The notes beneath the pieces are model-generated. The model ran no database searches. It was not told the DNA's origin and saw only the letters and a program-made list of their open reading frames with translations. A stretch of 64,000 nucleotides of DNA from a bacterium (GTDB lineage: Bacteria; UBA8248). Positions 42,605 through 50,368 of the stretch are shown one piece after another (the first letter of the stretch is position 1; the number at the start of each line of letters is the position of its first letter). The DNA is taken from positions 2,432,001 through 2,496,000 of the forward strand of contig OZ242260.1 of NCBI GenBank assembly GCA_965207065.1. Reading direction: 5' to 3'. The translations under genes and the position numbers were made by a program.

Positions 42605-43584
42605 GCACGACGCCTGAAAACCGGAACGGTCTCCTGCGGGTCTCCGATCTGAGGACATACCTCGACGTCCCCTCCGGCGTGATCAAGGCCGTGGACGGCG
42701 TCTCGCTGGAAGTGAACCGCAAGGAGGCGGTTGCGCTGGTCGGTGAATCGGGTTCCGGGAAATCCATGACGGCGCTCACCATCATCCGGCTCCAGCCGGT
42801 CGTGGCCCGCATCCTCTCGGGCGAAATACTGCTGAACGACGTGGATCTCCTCACCCTGGATACGGCGAGCATGTGCGACCTGCGCGGGACGGAGATCGCC
42901 ATGGTCTTTCAGGACCCCATGACCTATCTGAACCCCGTCATGCGGGCAGGCGCCCAGGTGGCGGAAGTGGTGCTGGAGCACCAGGACGTCTCGAAGGGGG
43001 AGGCCCGCTCGCAGGTGCTCGATGCTTTCGAGCGCGTCGGCATCCCTTCCCCCCGGAGGGTGTATGACAGCTACCCCCATCAGTTGAGCGGCGGCATGCG
43101 CCAGCGGGTGCTCATCGCCATGGCCATCTCGTGCCGCCCGTCCCTGCTCATCGCCGATGAGCCCACCACGGCGCTGGACGTGACCATACAGGCGCAAATC
43201 ATGGACCTGCTCGCCCACCTGCGCGAGGAACTCCAGAACGCCCTGTTCCTGATCACCCACGATATCGGCCTGGTGGCGGAGCATTGCGACCGGATATACA
43301 TCATGTACGCGGGCCAGATTGTGGAGCATGCCGACACCTTTACCCTGTTCGCCGAACCGAAACACCCCTATACGGAGGGCCTCCTGCGTTCGACGCTCAG
43401 CCCCGACAAGCGGGTGGAGGTATTCGAGACCATCGAGGGGCAGGTGCCGAACCCCACGGACATGCCGTCGGGCTGCCGCTTCCATCCGCGCTGTCCCCAC
43501 GTCAAAGACATCTGCCGCGAGGAGTCGCCGCCTTCCCTGGATCTGGGGGAGGGACGGATGGTGGCTTGCTGGCTTTATGAATGA
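42601..43584 (+). CDS. ABC transporter ATP-binding protein (DppD-like)
   Basis: GESGSGKS, LSGGMRQR, ADEPTTALD, GCRFHPRC. Confidence 0.95.
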   Translation: MSTTPENRNGLLRVSDLRTYLDVPSGVIKAVDGVSLEVNRKEAVALVGESGSGKSMTALTIIRLQPVVARILSGEILLNDVDLLTLDTASMCDLRGTEIAMVFQDPMTYLNPVMRAGAQVAEVVLEHQDVSKGEARSQVLDAFERVGIPSPRRVYDSYPHQLSGGMRQRVLIAMAISCRPSLLIADEPTTALDVTIQAQIMDLLAHLREELQNALFLITHDIGLVAEHCDRIYIMYAGQIVEHADTFTLFAEPKHPYTEGLLRSTLSPDKRVEVFETIEGQVPNPTDMPSGCRFHPRCPHVKDICREESPPSLDLGEGRMVACWLYE

Positions 43585-44608
43585 GCCCGCCAAAATGAAT
43601 CATTCACTCCTGAAAGTGAGCAGGCTGACGAAGCACTTCCCGGTCGAAGGGGGATGGCTCCGGCCTCCCCGCCACGTGCACGCCGTGGACGACATCAGCT
43701 TCTCGCTCAAGGCCGGCGAGTCGTTCGCCCTGGTGGGTGAGAGCGGCTGCGGGAAAACGACGACGGCCCGCCTGCTGGCGAAGCTGGAAAAGCCCGACGA
43801 CGGAAGCATCCTCTTCGACGAACAGGAAGTCGCGGAACTGAGCGGACCCGCCCTCAAGAAATACAACCGCGACGTGCAGATGATATTTCAGGACCCCTTC
43901 GAATCCCTGAATCCCCGGCGCACCGTACGGGCCATACTGCGCCAGCCCCTCCTCAACCATGACGCGGCGGAGAAAGGGGAGATTGACGAGACCGTCGTCG
44001 GGCTCCTGAACCAGGTGGGCATGGAGCCGGGCGAAATCTTCATGGACCGCTACCCGCACCAGCTCAGCGGCGGCCAGCGCCAGCGAATCGGCATCGCGCG
44101 GGCGCTCACGCTGAAGCCCCGGCTCGTGATCGCAGACGAGCCGGTCTCCTCGCTCGACATCTCCATCCGCGCCCAAATCCTGAACCTCCTGAAAGCCCTT
44201 CAGTCGCAACATGATCTCTCCTACCTCTTCATCACGCACGACCTGGGGGTGGTGCGCTCGGTCTGCGACAGGGTGGGGGTCATGTACCTGGGCGAGATCG
44301 TGGAGCTTGCGGCGGTGGAGTCGCTCTTCACCACCCCGCTGCACCCTTATACGCAGGCGCTGCTCTCGGCCACGCCGGTAGCGGACCCGGTGAAGGCCAG
44401 GGAGCGGCGGCGCATCATCCTCAAGGGAGAGGTTCCCTCCGCCCTCGACCCGCCGACCGGATGCCGTTTCCATACGCGTTGCCCCTACAGCGAGAAGCGC
44501 TGCGTGGAAGAGAAGCCGGCGCTGCGGGAGTTCCACCCCGGCCATACCGTGTCCTGTCATTTCGCAGGCGACGTCGGCGTTAACGTAACCGCCGATTCAT
44601 ACACTTAG
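43577..44608 (+). CDS. ABC transporter ATP-binding protein (DppF-like)
   Basis: GESGCGKT, LSGGQRQR, ADEPVSSLD, GCRFHTRC. Confidence 0.95.
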   Translation: MNEPAKMNHSLLKVSRLTKHFPVEGGWLRPPRHVHAVDDISFSLKAGESFALVGESGCGKTTTARLLAKLEKPDDGSILFDEQEVAELSGPALKKYNRDVQMIFQDPFESLNPRRTVRAILRQPLLNHDAAEKGEIDETVVGLLNQVGMEPGEIFMDRYPHQLSGGQRQRIGIARALTLKPRLVIADEPVSSLDISIRAQILNLLKALQSQHDLSYLFITHDLGVVRSVCDRVGVMYLGEIVELAAVESLFTTPLHPYTQALLSATPVADPVKARERRRIILKGEVPSALDPPTGCRFHTRCPYSEKRCVEEKPALREFHPGHTVSCHFAGDVGVNVTADSYT

Positions 44609-44716
44609 CTGCCGGGCCTTGGGGGGTAGGGGCGGTTCACGAACGGCCTCTATGGTTCCGGCGGGTGTGACTTTCGCCGAAATGACGGCGCTATGGGTCA
44701 ACCGAGTCGGTGGTTT

Positions 44717-44830
44717 GTAGGGGCCGCATACTATGCGGCCCGGCCTTTTCGCCTCCAAATTAGGGTCGCATGGTATGCGACCCCTACAACAGACGGCAAT
44801 TCCCCCGTATTTGGCCTTTTTCAACAGGCC
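44717..44830. repeat. Inverted GTAG-REP doublet followed by a MITE-type right end
   Basis: GTAGGGGCCGCATACTATGCGGCCC ... GGGTCGCATGGTATGCGACCCCTAC (to 44787); GGCCTTTTTCAACAGGCC at 44813-44830. Confidence 0.75.
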
Positions 44831-44868
44831 GGACAAGGGGGGAGTAACGATATCCCGGAGGGTTTTTT

Positions 44869-46209
44869 ATGAAAGACGTACTCGAAAAGGTGATTTCACA
44901 GGGCCGGCGAACCGACGTGGTTGCCCTGCTTCAGGAACTCGTCCGGATTCCCAGCCCCACGGGAGAGGAAGAGGCTGTCCAGACCCTGGTGCAGGAACGA
45001 TTCGCCGATGCCGGCCTCGAGGTGGAGGCGTTCGAGGCGAACCTGGAGGAGGTGCGGGAGCATCCGGCGTTCTCGGCCCCGCGCTCTTCGCTGGAGAGAG
45101 GTTATGCGGGCCGTCCGAACGTGATCGGCCGCATGCGGGGAGCGGGCGGCGGCAGGTCGCTCCTTCTCTTCTGTCACGCCGACACGGTGCCGCCCGGCCC
45201 GCGAAGCGCCTGGACGCGCGATCCCTTCGGCGGCGAGGTGGAGGGCAACCGGCTCTATGGGCGTGGCTCGGGAGACGCCAAGTCGGGGCTGGCCGTCATG
45301 ATCGCGTGCGCCCGGGCCCTGAAAGCCGCCGGGGTGCGCCTCAAGGGGGATCTGACGCTCCTCTCCACCGTCGAGGAAGAAGAAGGCGGCGGCGGGGGCA
45401 TGCTGGCGTGCGTGCTCCGCGGCCTTCGTGCGGACGGCGCCGTTTACACGCACATGAAGCCGGGCGGACTCGGCGGCGTGGACATCGGCTCGGGCGGCGA
45501 CCTGAGTTTCCGGATCACCGTGCCGGGCCAGGCCGGTCACAAGGGCTCGGCGCATCTTTTCGTGAACGCCATCGGGAAAGCCGAATATATCCACGCCGCG
45601 CTCAGGGAGCTGGACGCGCAAAGAGGAGAAGCGGTGCGCGAACCGCTGGTGGAAAAGCGTTTCGAGATAAGCGGACTCGCGCCCCGCACGGTGAACCTCG
45701 TGGTGACCATGATCCGCGCGGGCGTGTCCATCGGCCAGCTTCCGGCCGAATGCGTCCTGGAGGGCGTGGCGGGGGTGGCCCCGAGAGAGGGTCTCGATGA
45801 GGTGAAAAAACTGGTGGAAGACCACGTCGCGCGGGCCGCCGGGGCCGACCCGTGGCTTCGCGGGCATCCGCCGCGTCTGGAATGGACGGAGAGGCGCGCG
45901 GAGCCCTGCCTCACCGACCCCGATCACCCGTTCGTCAAAACGGCGTTGTCCGTGGTCGAACGGGTGACGGGTCGTCCCTGCCAGCGTCAGGCGCTGAACG
46001 GGACGACGGACATGCGGTTCCCGGTTCTCTACGGCGACACGCCCACCATCATGTTCGGAGGGGAGTGCCCGCGGGGCCACATCCCCGATGAATATACGCA
46101 TATCGACGAACTGCGGCTCTCCGTCGACGGGCTGCTCCACCTGATTCTCGAGTGGTGCGGCGCAAGCCGGGATGATGAGCATAAGCAAAAGGGGCCGGGG
46201 GTTTTGTAG
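44869..46209 (+). CDS. M20-family (ArgE/DapE-like) deacylase/peptidase
   Basis: LVRIPS, RPNVIG, HADTV, YGRGSGDAKSG, VEEE, GHIPDEY. Confidence 0.9.
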   Translation: MKDVLEKVISQGRRTDVVALLQELVRIPSPTGEEEAVQTLVQERFADAGLEVEAFEANLEEVREHPAFSAPRSSLERGYAGRPNVIGRMRGAGGGRSLLLFCHADTVPPGPRSAWTRDPFGGEVEGNRLYGRGSGDAKSGLAVMIACARALKAAGVRLKGDLTLLSTVEEEEGGGGGMLACVLRGLRADGAVYTHMKPGGLGGVDIGSGGDLSFRITVPGQAGHKGSAHLFVNAIGKAEYIHAALRELDAQRGEAVREPLVEKRFEISGLAPRTVNLVVTMIRAGVSIGQLPAECVLEGVAGVAPREGLDEVKKLVEDHVARAAGADPWLRGHPPRLEWTERRAEPCLTDPDHPFVKTALSVVERVTGRPCQRQALNGTTDMRFPVLYGDTPTIMFGGECPRGHIPDEYTHIDELRLSVDGLLHLILEWCGASRDDEHKQKGPGVL

Positions 46210-46233
46210 GGACAGGTCGCGACCTGTCCCTAC
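46206..46233. repeat. 28-bp perfect palindrome (copy 3), supplying the stop codon of the M20 gene
   Basis: GTAGGGACAGGTCGCGACCTGTCCCTAC; TAG at 46207-46209. Confidence 0.9.
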
Positions 46234-46379
46234 GGTGGGATCCAGACCGACCCTTGAGGGCGTTGCCAATTCACGATTGAAATGAACCACTCCCCTTGAG
46301 GGTCTGGCTTCCCGAGGGGAAAGTGCGATGAAAAAGACCCCTTTTCAAGGGGTAGAGAGGACGCACCTCTCGACCGAAA

Positions 46380-46531
46380 AACCAACCCCCCCTACCCCCC
46401 CTTGTCAGGGGTCAAACGCGAGTGAGGAACGAGCGTTTGCATAAGCCATTGATGAGAAACACATCGGTACGCAATTTCTCGCTCATCGCTCGAAATTGAC
46501 CCCTGACAAGGGGGGGTAGGGGGGGTTGGTT
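46380..46531. repeat. 36-bp perfect inverted repeat with G/C homopolymer runs
   Basis: AACCAACCCCCCCTACCCCCCCTTGTCAGGGGTCAA (46380-46415) and reverse complement (46496-46531); partial copy at 29471-29497. Confidence 0.85.
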
Positions 46532-46767
46532 CTGACGAGGAGAGTCGGGCGTTCGTGCGAAAGTGGCCTTCCAGCTAAAGGCGATGTCCCTCGACAAGGA
46601 CTTTTTCAACGGACCCTCAAGGGGGGGAGTGGTTGGTTGGCGTTCTGGAAGGGGGGAGTGAAATTCAGCGCGCTCCTTTTCAGGGCTTTTTCAACGCTCC
46701 CGTTTATGCAAGATTGTATATAATCCTCCGAACAATGGTTCCCCGATAACTGCGACGGGAGAAAGCG

Positions 46768-47901
46768 ATGATTGAAAAACAGGCGGCGGTGGCGCCCGAT
46801 TTTGCGGCCCTGCGGGATGAGTTCCCCGTCACCCGGAACTGGACCTATCTGGACCTCGCCAACAAGGCGCCCCTGCCCCGGTGCGCCCAGGACGCGATTC
46901 CGGATTTCCTGCGGGAGATGAACGAACTCGGCGTCCGGGAGGCCTTCTCCAAGGTCCGCGTGGAGGAGGTCCGCGCCTCGCTGGCTTCGCTGCTGGGCGT
47001 CGCGCCGGGGGCGATAGCGTTCATCAAGAATACCTCAGAGGGCATGAACATCGCCGCGCAGGCGCTGGACCTCCAGGCGGGAGACAACGTCATCCAGGCG
47101 GAACTCGACCACCCGAACCAGGTGTACGCCTGGAAGCGCCTGGAGGAAAGGGGCGTCGAACTCAAGTGGGTGCGAAACGGGGAGGGCTGCCCCCCGGTGG
47201 AGGCGTTCATCGAGGCGATGGACGGGCGAACGCGCGTCGTGGCGGTCTCCTACGTGACTTTCGGGACGGGCTGCCGGGTGGACCTGCCCGCCCTGGGCGC
47301 GGCCTGCCGCGAGCGCGGTATCATTTTGATGACGGATGCGATTCAGGGAGTCGGAATCCTCTCGGCATCCTTGCCGGCCCTCGGGGCGGACATCGTGGTC
47401 TGCGGCGGGCACAAGGGATTGCTCGGCCTGCCGGGCACGGGCTTTCTCTATTGCCGCGAAGACCTGATTCCCGGGATGACGCCTCCCTTCTTCGCCCGCG
47501 CCAGCATGGTCCGCGAAGTGCTCGAGCGGATGGAGGTCGGGCTGGCCCCGGACGCCCACCGCTTCGAGATCGGGAATCAGAATTACCTGGGATTATGGGT
47601 GCTCGGCCGCTCGGTCGAGTTCCTGGCGGGGGTGGGGCTCGCGCATGTCGAGGAGCGCGTGCGGGGGTTGACGACTTACCTGATGGAGCTGCTGGAGAGG
47701 CGGGGCGAGAAGATTCTGACGCCTCGCCCCTGGGAGGAGCGCGCCGCCATCGTGAGCATCGAATCGCCCGACCCGCCCAGGGCGGCGGCGCAACTGCGCG
47801 AAAAGAGAATTATCGCCAGCGCGCGCAACAACGCCCTTCGCTTCGCGCCGCATTTCTACAATACCGAAGAAGAAATCGAGCGGGTGGTCGGTCTGCTTTA
47901 G
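46768..47901 (+). CDS. Class V PLP-dependent enzyme (aminotransferase/lyase/epimerase), lacking the desulfurase catalytic Cys
   Basis: YLDLAN, NTSEGMN, DAIQ, GGHKGLLG (PLP Lys), RFEIG, RFAPHFYN. Confidence 0.88.
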   Translation: MIEKQAAVAPDFAALRDEFPVTRNWTYLDLANKAPLPRCAQDAIPDFLREMNELGVREAFSKVRVEEVRASLASLLGVAPGAIAFIKNTSEGMNIAAQALDLQAGDNVIQAELDHPNQVYAWKRLEERGVELKWVRNGEGCPPVEAFIEAMDGRTRVVAVSYVTFGTGCRVDLPALGAACRERGIILMTDAIQGVGILSASLPALGADIVVCGGHKGLLGLPGTGFLYCREDLIPGMTPPFFARASMVREVLERMEVGLAPDAHRFEIGNQNYLGLWVLGRSVEFLAGVGLAHVEERVRGLTTYLMELLERRGEKILTPRPWEERAAIVSIESPDPPRAAAQLREKRIIASARNNALRFAPHFYNTEEEIERVVGLL

Positions 47902-47914
47902 GGAAGATAGCAAA

Positions 47915-48065
47915 CAATTCGATAAATTCAGATAAATTCACGGGGTTTTTGGATAAATTACCGTAAATTAACGAGGGGAAATGCGGGGATTTGCGGGGAA
48001 TTGCGGGGATGGATTGCGCGCAAATGCGGGCAAATGCGTGAGCGAATCCGGCGGAATTCGTGAAT
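47915..48065. repeat. Tract of short tandem repeats with about 10-bp period
   Basis: GATAAATTCA x2, ATAAATTA/GTAAATTA, WTGCGGGGAW x3, CAAATGCG x2. Confidence 0.75.
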
Positions 48066-48132
48066 CTTCCCGCACGATGCGCCTCTTGACCCTGTCCTTG
48101 ATGAAGACGTCCATCATCAGGTTCCCTTGCGC

Positions 48133-49812
48133 CTATGCCCGCCCGTAGCGGCGGCGGCGCCTGTCGATGTCCTCGAGTTTGCGCGAGAGCTTCTCGAGCG
48201 TCCGGTTGTCGCTCAGGTTCCCTTCGATGTGAATATGGTAGACGTGGGCCTCGCCTCCGCCCCCGCCCATCTCCTTTCGTATCGCGTCGCGGATGATGGG
48301 CCGCACGCCGCGCTGAAAGAAATCGATGGATTGCGGGTGGTTCACGTTCATGATGTGCTCGGGACCCGCCTCGCCCACGAGCCTGAGCGCCGAGCGCTTG
48401 ACGAATCGCCCCGCCGCGTCGCCTTCTTCTATGGGGAACGCCCCCAGGTAGGAAGAATAGAGGCCTTGGCCGAAATACCGCTTCACCCCCTCCTGGGGCG
48501 AGATGCCCGCCTTCCCGGCCGCTCTTTGGATAAGCTGGAACGTGAGGCCCGCTTTTTCCAGCAAAGGGGGGTCCACGCTCATCCGGCCTTCGTAGACCGC
48601 CTTGGGAAGCGGGAGGAGCCGCGCTTCATCCGCCACGCCGGTCTTGCGGAATTTCTCCAGCGCGATGTACAGCCCGGCCGCCTGCGCGAGATTCGCTATC
48701 CCCCGGGTGAAGGGGGTGGACCTGTCCCTGAAGCCCTTGAAGCCGAGGAAGGAGAGCACCTGCTTGATGGCGCCCCCCTTGTTGAACAAGACGTCTGTGA
48801 GCAAAAAGGCGCCTGCCGCAGGACCGAAGGCGGCGAGGCCCGTGGCGCCCGCGAGCGCGGGGAGGGCGCCCGCGGCGTTGATGGCCAGATTCGCGCCAGT
48901 TTTCAGGGTTTTGGGTCCCTTGAGGAAGTCCAGCGCCGAAAAAGCGACCCGCAAAGCTGCCGCCGCTTTCGTCGCCGCAATCCGCGCGGCCAGCGCGCCA
49001 CTCGCCTTTTCGCCCGCGGCGGTGGCGACCGCCGTGCCGCCGATCCGGTTCGCCGCTTCGAGTTCGGAGACGGACTGGAAAAGGCGCATGAGCCCCGCCT
49101 CGCCGCCGATTTTCGCCAGCGGCACCACGAGTTCCGGCCCCGCCTCGCCGATCAGGCCCAAGGTGGGTTTTTTCACCAGACCGCCCTTGGCGAATCCGAA
49201 CACATTGAGCAGGCCCTTGCCCAGATCGCCCAGCAGGTTCAGGCCCAGATCCTGGAGCGCGCCAACTGCCGGTTTGATGAATTGCGTACTCGCCATCTCG
49301 GCGGCGGCGTTGCGCACCATGTCGATGGCATGGTTCTTCAGGTCGCTGAACAGGTCCTTTGCGCTGTCGATTTTGCCGGTGAGGGCGTCCGAGAAAAACC
49401 GGGTGAGCGATTTTTCGCTCGCTGAGGCGAAATCGTTCACCGCCCTTCCGGCTATCTGAAAAGAGGCGGGCAGGGCGGCGGCTTTCGCCTTGACCTCGTC
49501 GAGTCCCCTGACGAGCGGGCCGGAGGCAAGCCGGGAGCCGGCTCGCTCCGCATTCCTCCACAGGGTATTCATCCCCTCGGCGGCTTCGGTGGACGAGACG
49601 CCGACTGCATGGAGGCGTTCTGAGGATCGAACGAAGGTGCGGCTCGATTGTTGGAGCGCGCTCTGTGACACGCGCGTTTGTATGCCTAGTTTTTCCGTGG
49701 CGATTCTCGCCTGCCCCGCCGATTTCGTGAAACGATCGAGGACTTTCAGGCTGTTGCCTGAGTTCAGGTCGATTTTCTTTATCACCGAAATCTTGTGGAC
49801 TTGCTCCGGCAT
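48133..49812 (-). CDS. Phage tail tape-measure-like protein
   Basis: Ala/Gly/Leu-rich helical sequence; FAKGGLVKKPTLGLIGEAGPELVVPL and a second LVGEAGPE motif typical of TMP C-termini; terminal YHIHIEG. Confidence 0.75.
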   Translation of the reverse strand: MPEQVHKISVIKKIDLNSGNSLKVLDRFTKSAGQARIATEKLGIQTRVSQSALQQSSRTFVRSSERLHAVGVSSTEAAEGMNTLWRNAERAGSRLASGPLVRGLDEVKAKAAALPASFQIAGRAVNDFASASEKSLTRFFSDALTGKIDSAKDLFSDLKNHAIDMVRNAAAEMASTQFIKPAVGALQDLGLNLLGDLGKGLLNVFGFAKGGLVKKPTLGLIGEAGPELVVPLAKIGGEAGLMRLFQSVSELEAANRIGGTAVATAAGEKASGALAARIAATKAAAALRVAFSALDFLKGPKTLKTGANLAINAAGALPALAGATGLAAFGPAAGAFLLTDVLFNKGGAIKQVLSFLGFKGFRDRSTPFTRGIANLAQAAGLYIALEKFRKTGVADEARLLPLPKAVYEGRMSVDPPLLEKAGLTFQLIQRAAGKAGISPQEGVKRYFGQGLYSSYLGAFPIEEGDAAGRFVKRSALRLVGEAGPEHIMNVNHPQSIDFFQRGVRPIIRDAIRKEMGGGGGEAHVYHIHIEGNLSDNRTLEKLSRKLEDIDRRRRRYGRA

Positions 49813-49865
49813 GGAATCCCCTATTCATGAACGAGATACTGGACGGGGCTGCGCTACCGAACGCG

Positions 49866-49988
49866 CTAATCCGCCCAGGGGTTGATGAAATGCCACAGGT
49901 GGTTCGTGATGAGGCGCGGTTCGACCGCCGCGACGACGCACAAGACGGCGGCGGCCGAGAAAAGCGCCGCGAGAAGGTAAGGAATCAT
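49866..49988 (-). CDS. 40-aa hydrophobic small protein (not in ORF track)
   Basis: MIPYLLAALFSAAAVLCVVAAVEPRLITNHLWHFINPWAD; ATGA overlap with the upstream gene. Confidence 0.5.
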   Translation of the reverse strand: MIPYLLAALFSAAAVLCVVAAVEPRLITNHLWHFINPWAD

Positions 49989-50368
49989 GGTTGACGCTCC
50001 TTGTTCATGCGCTCGTCGAGTCTGGCGAGCGCGGTTTCGACCTCACGCAGGCGGCGGAGTATTTGAGTAAAGGTTTTCGCGTCCTCGCGCGTTTTTTTCA
50101 TGGAAATCGTTTTCAGTTCGCGGAATTTGAGATCGGCAATTGTCTTCGCCTCTCGCAACCGGGTCTCCACTTCCTGGAAGCGGACGCGCGCGCCCGCGTT
50201 TTTCTCCAAAAGCCAGGGATGACCCCGCTCTGCCATGTGGGACGCCAGACGCTTTTCCACGTTCACGATCTGGTTGTATAGCGGCGTATAGGCGGCCACC
50301 CCGAGGCCGGCGATGCTCAGGATGGACAGGAAAATCTGGAGACCTTTTCCGTTTCCCTCAGACGCCAT
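49985..50368 (-). CDS. Hypothetical phage membrane protein (N-terminal TM helix plus coiled coil; lysis-accessory-like)
   Basis: Start MASEGNG overlaps the upstream stop (TGATG); LQIFLSILSIAGLGVAAY helix; VETALARLDERM tail. Confidence 0.6.
   Translation of the reverse strand: MASEGNGKGLQIFLSILSIAGLGVAAYTPLYNQIVNVEKRLASHMAERGHPWLLEKNAGARVRFQEVETRLREAKTIADLKFRELKTISMKKTREDAKTFTQILRRLREVETALARLDERMNKERQP

Noticed and set aside
23800-46700. Recurrent palindromes as a CRISPR array
   Set aside because: They are dispersed singly or as inverted doublets, have no regular repeat-spacer period, and no cas genes are present.
46768-47901. Cysteine desulfurase / selenocysteine lyase (NifS/SufS) call
   Set aside because: The C-terminal catalytic Cys motif (SACS or RxGxHC) is absent; the region reads ASARNNALRF.
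47915-48065. Tandem repeats as a mini-CRISPR
   Set aside because: Units are only about 10 bp, heterogeneous and have no spacers.
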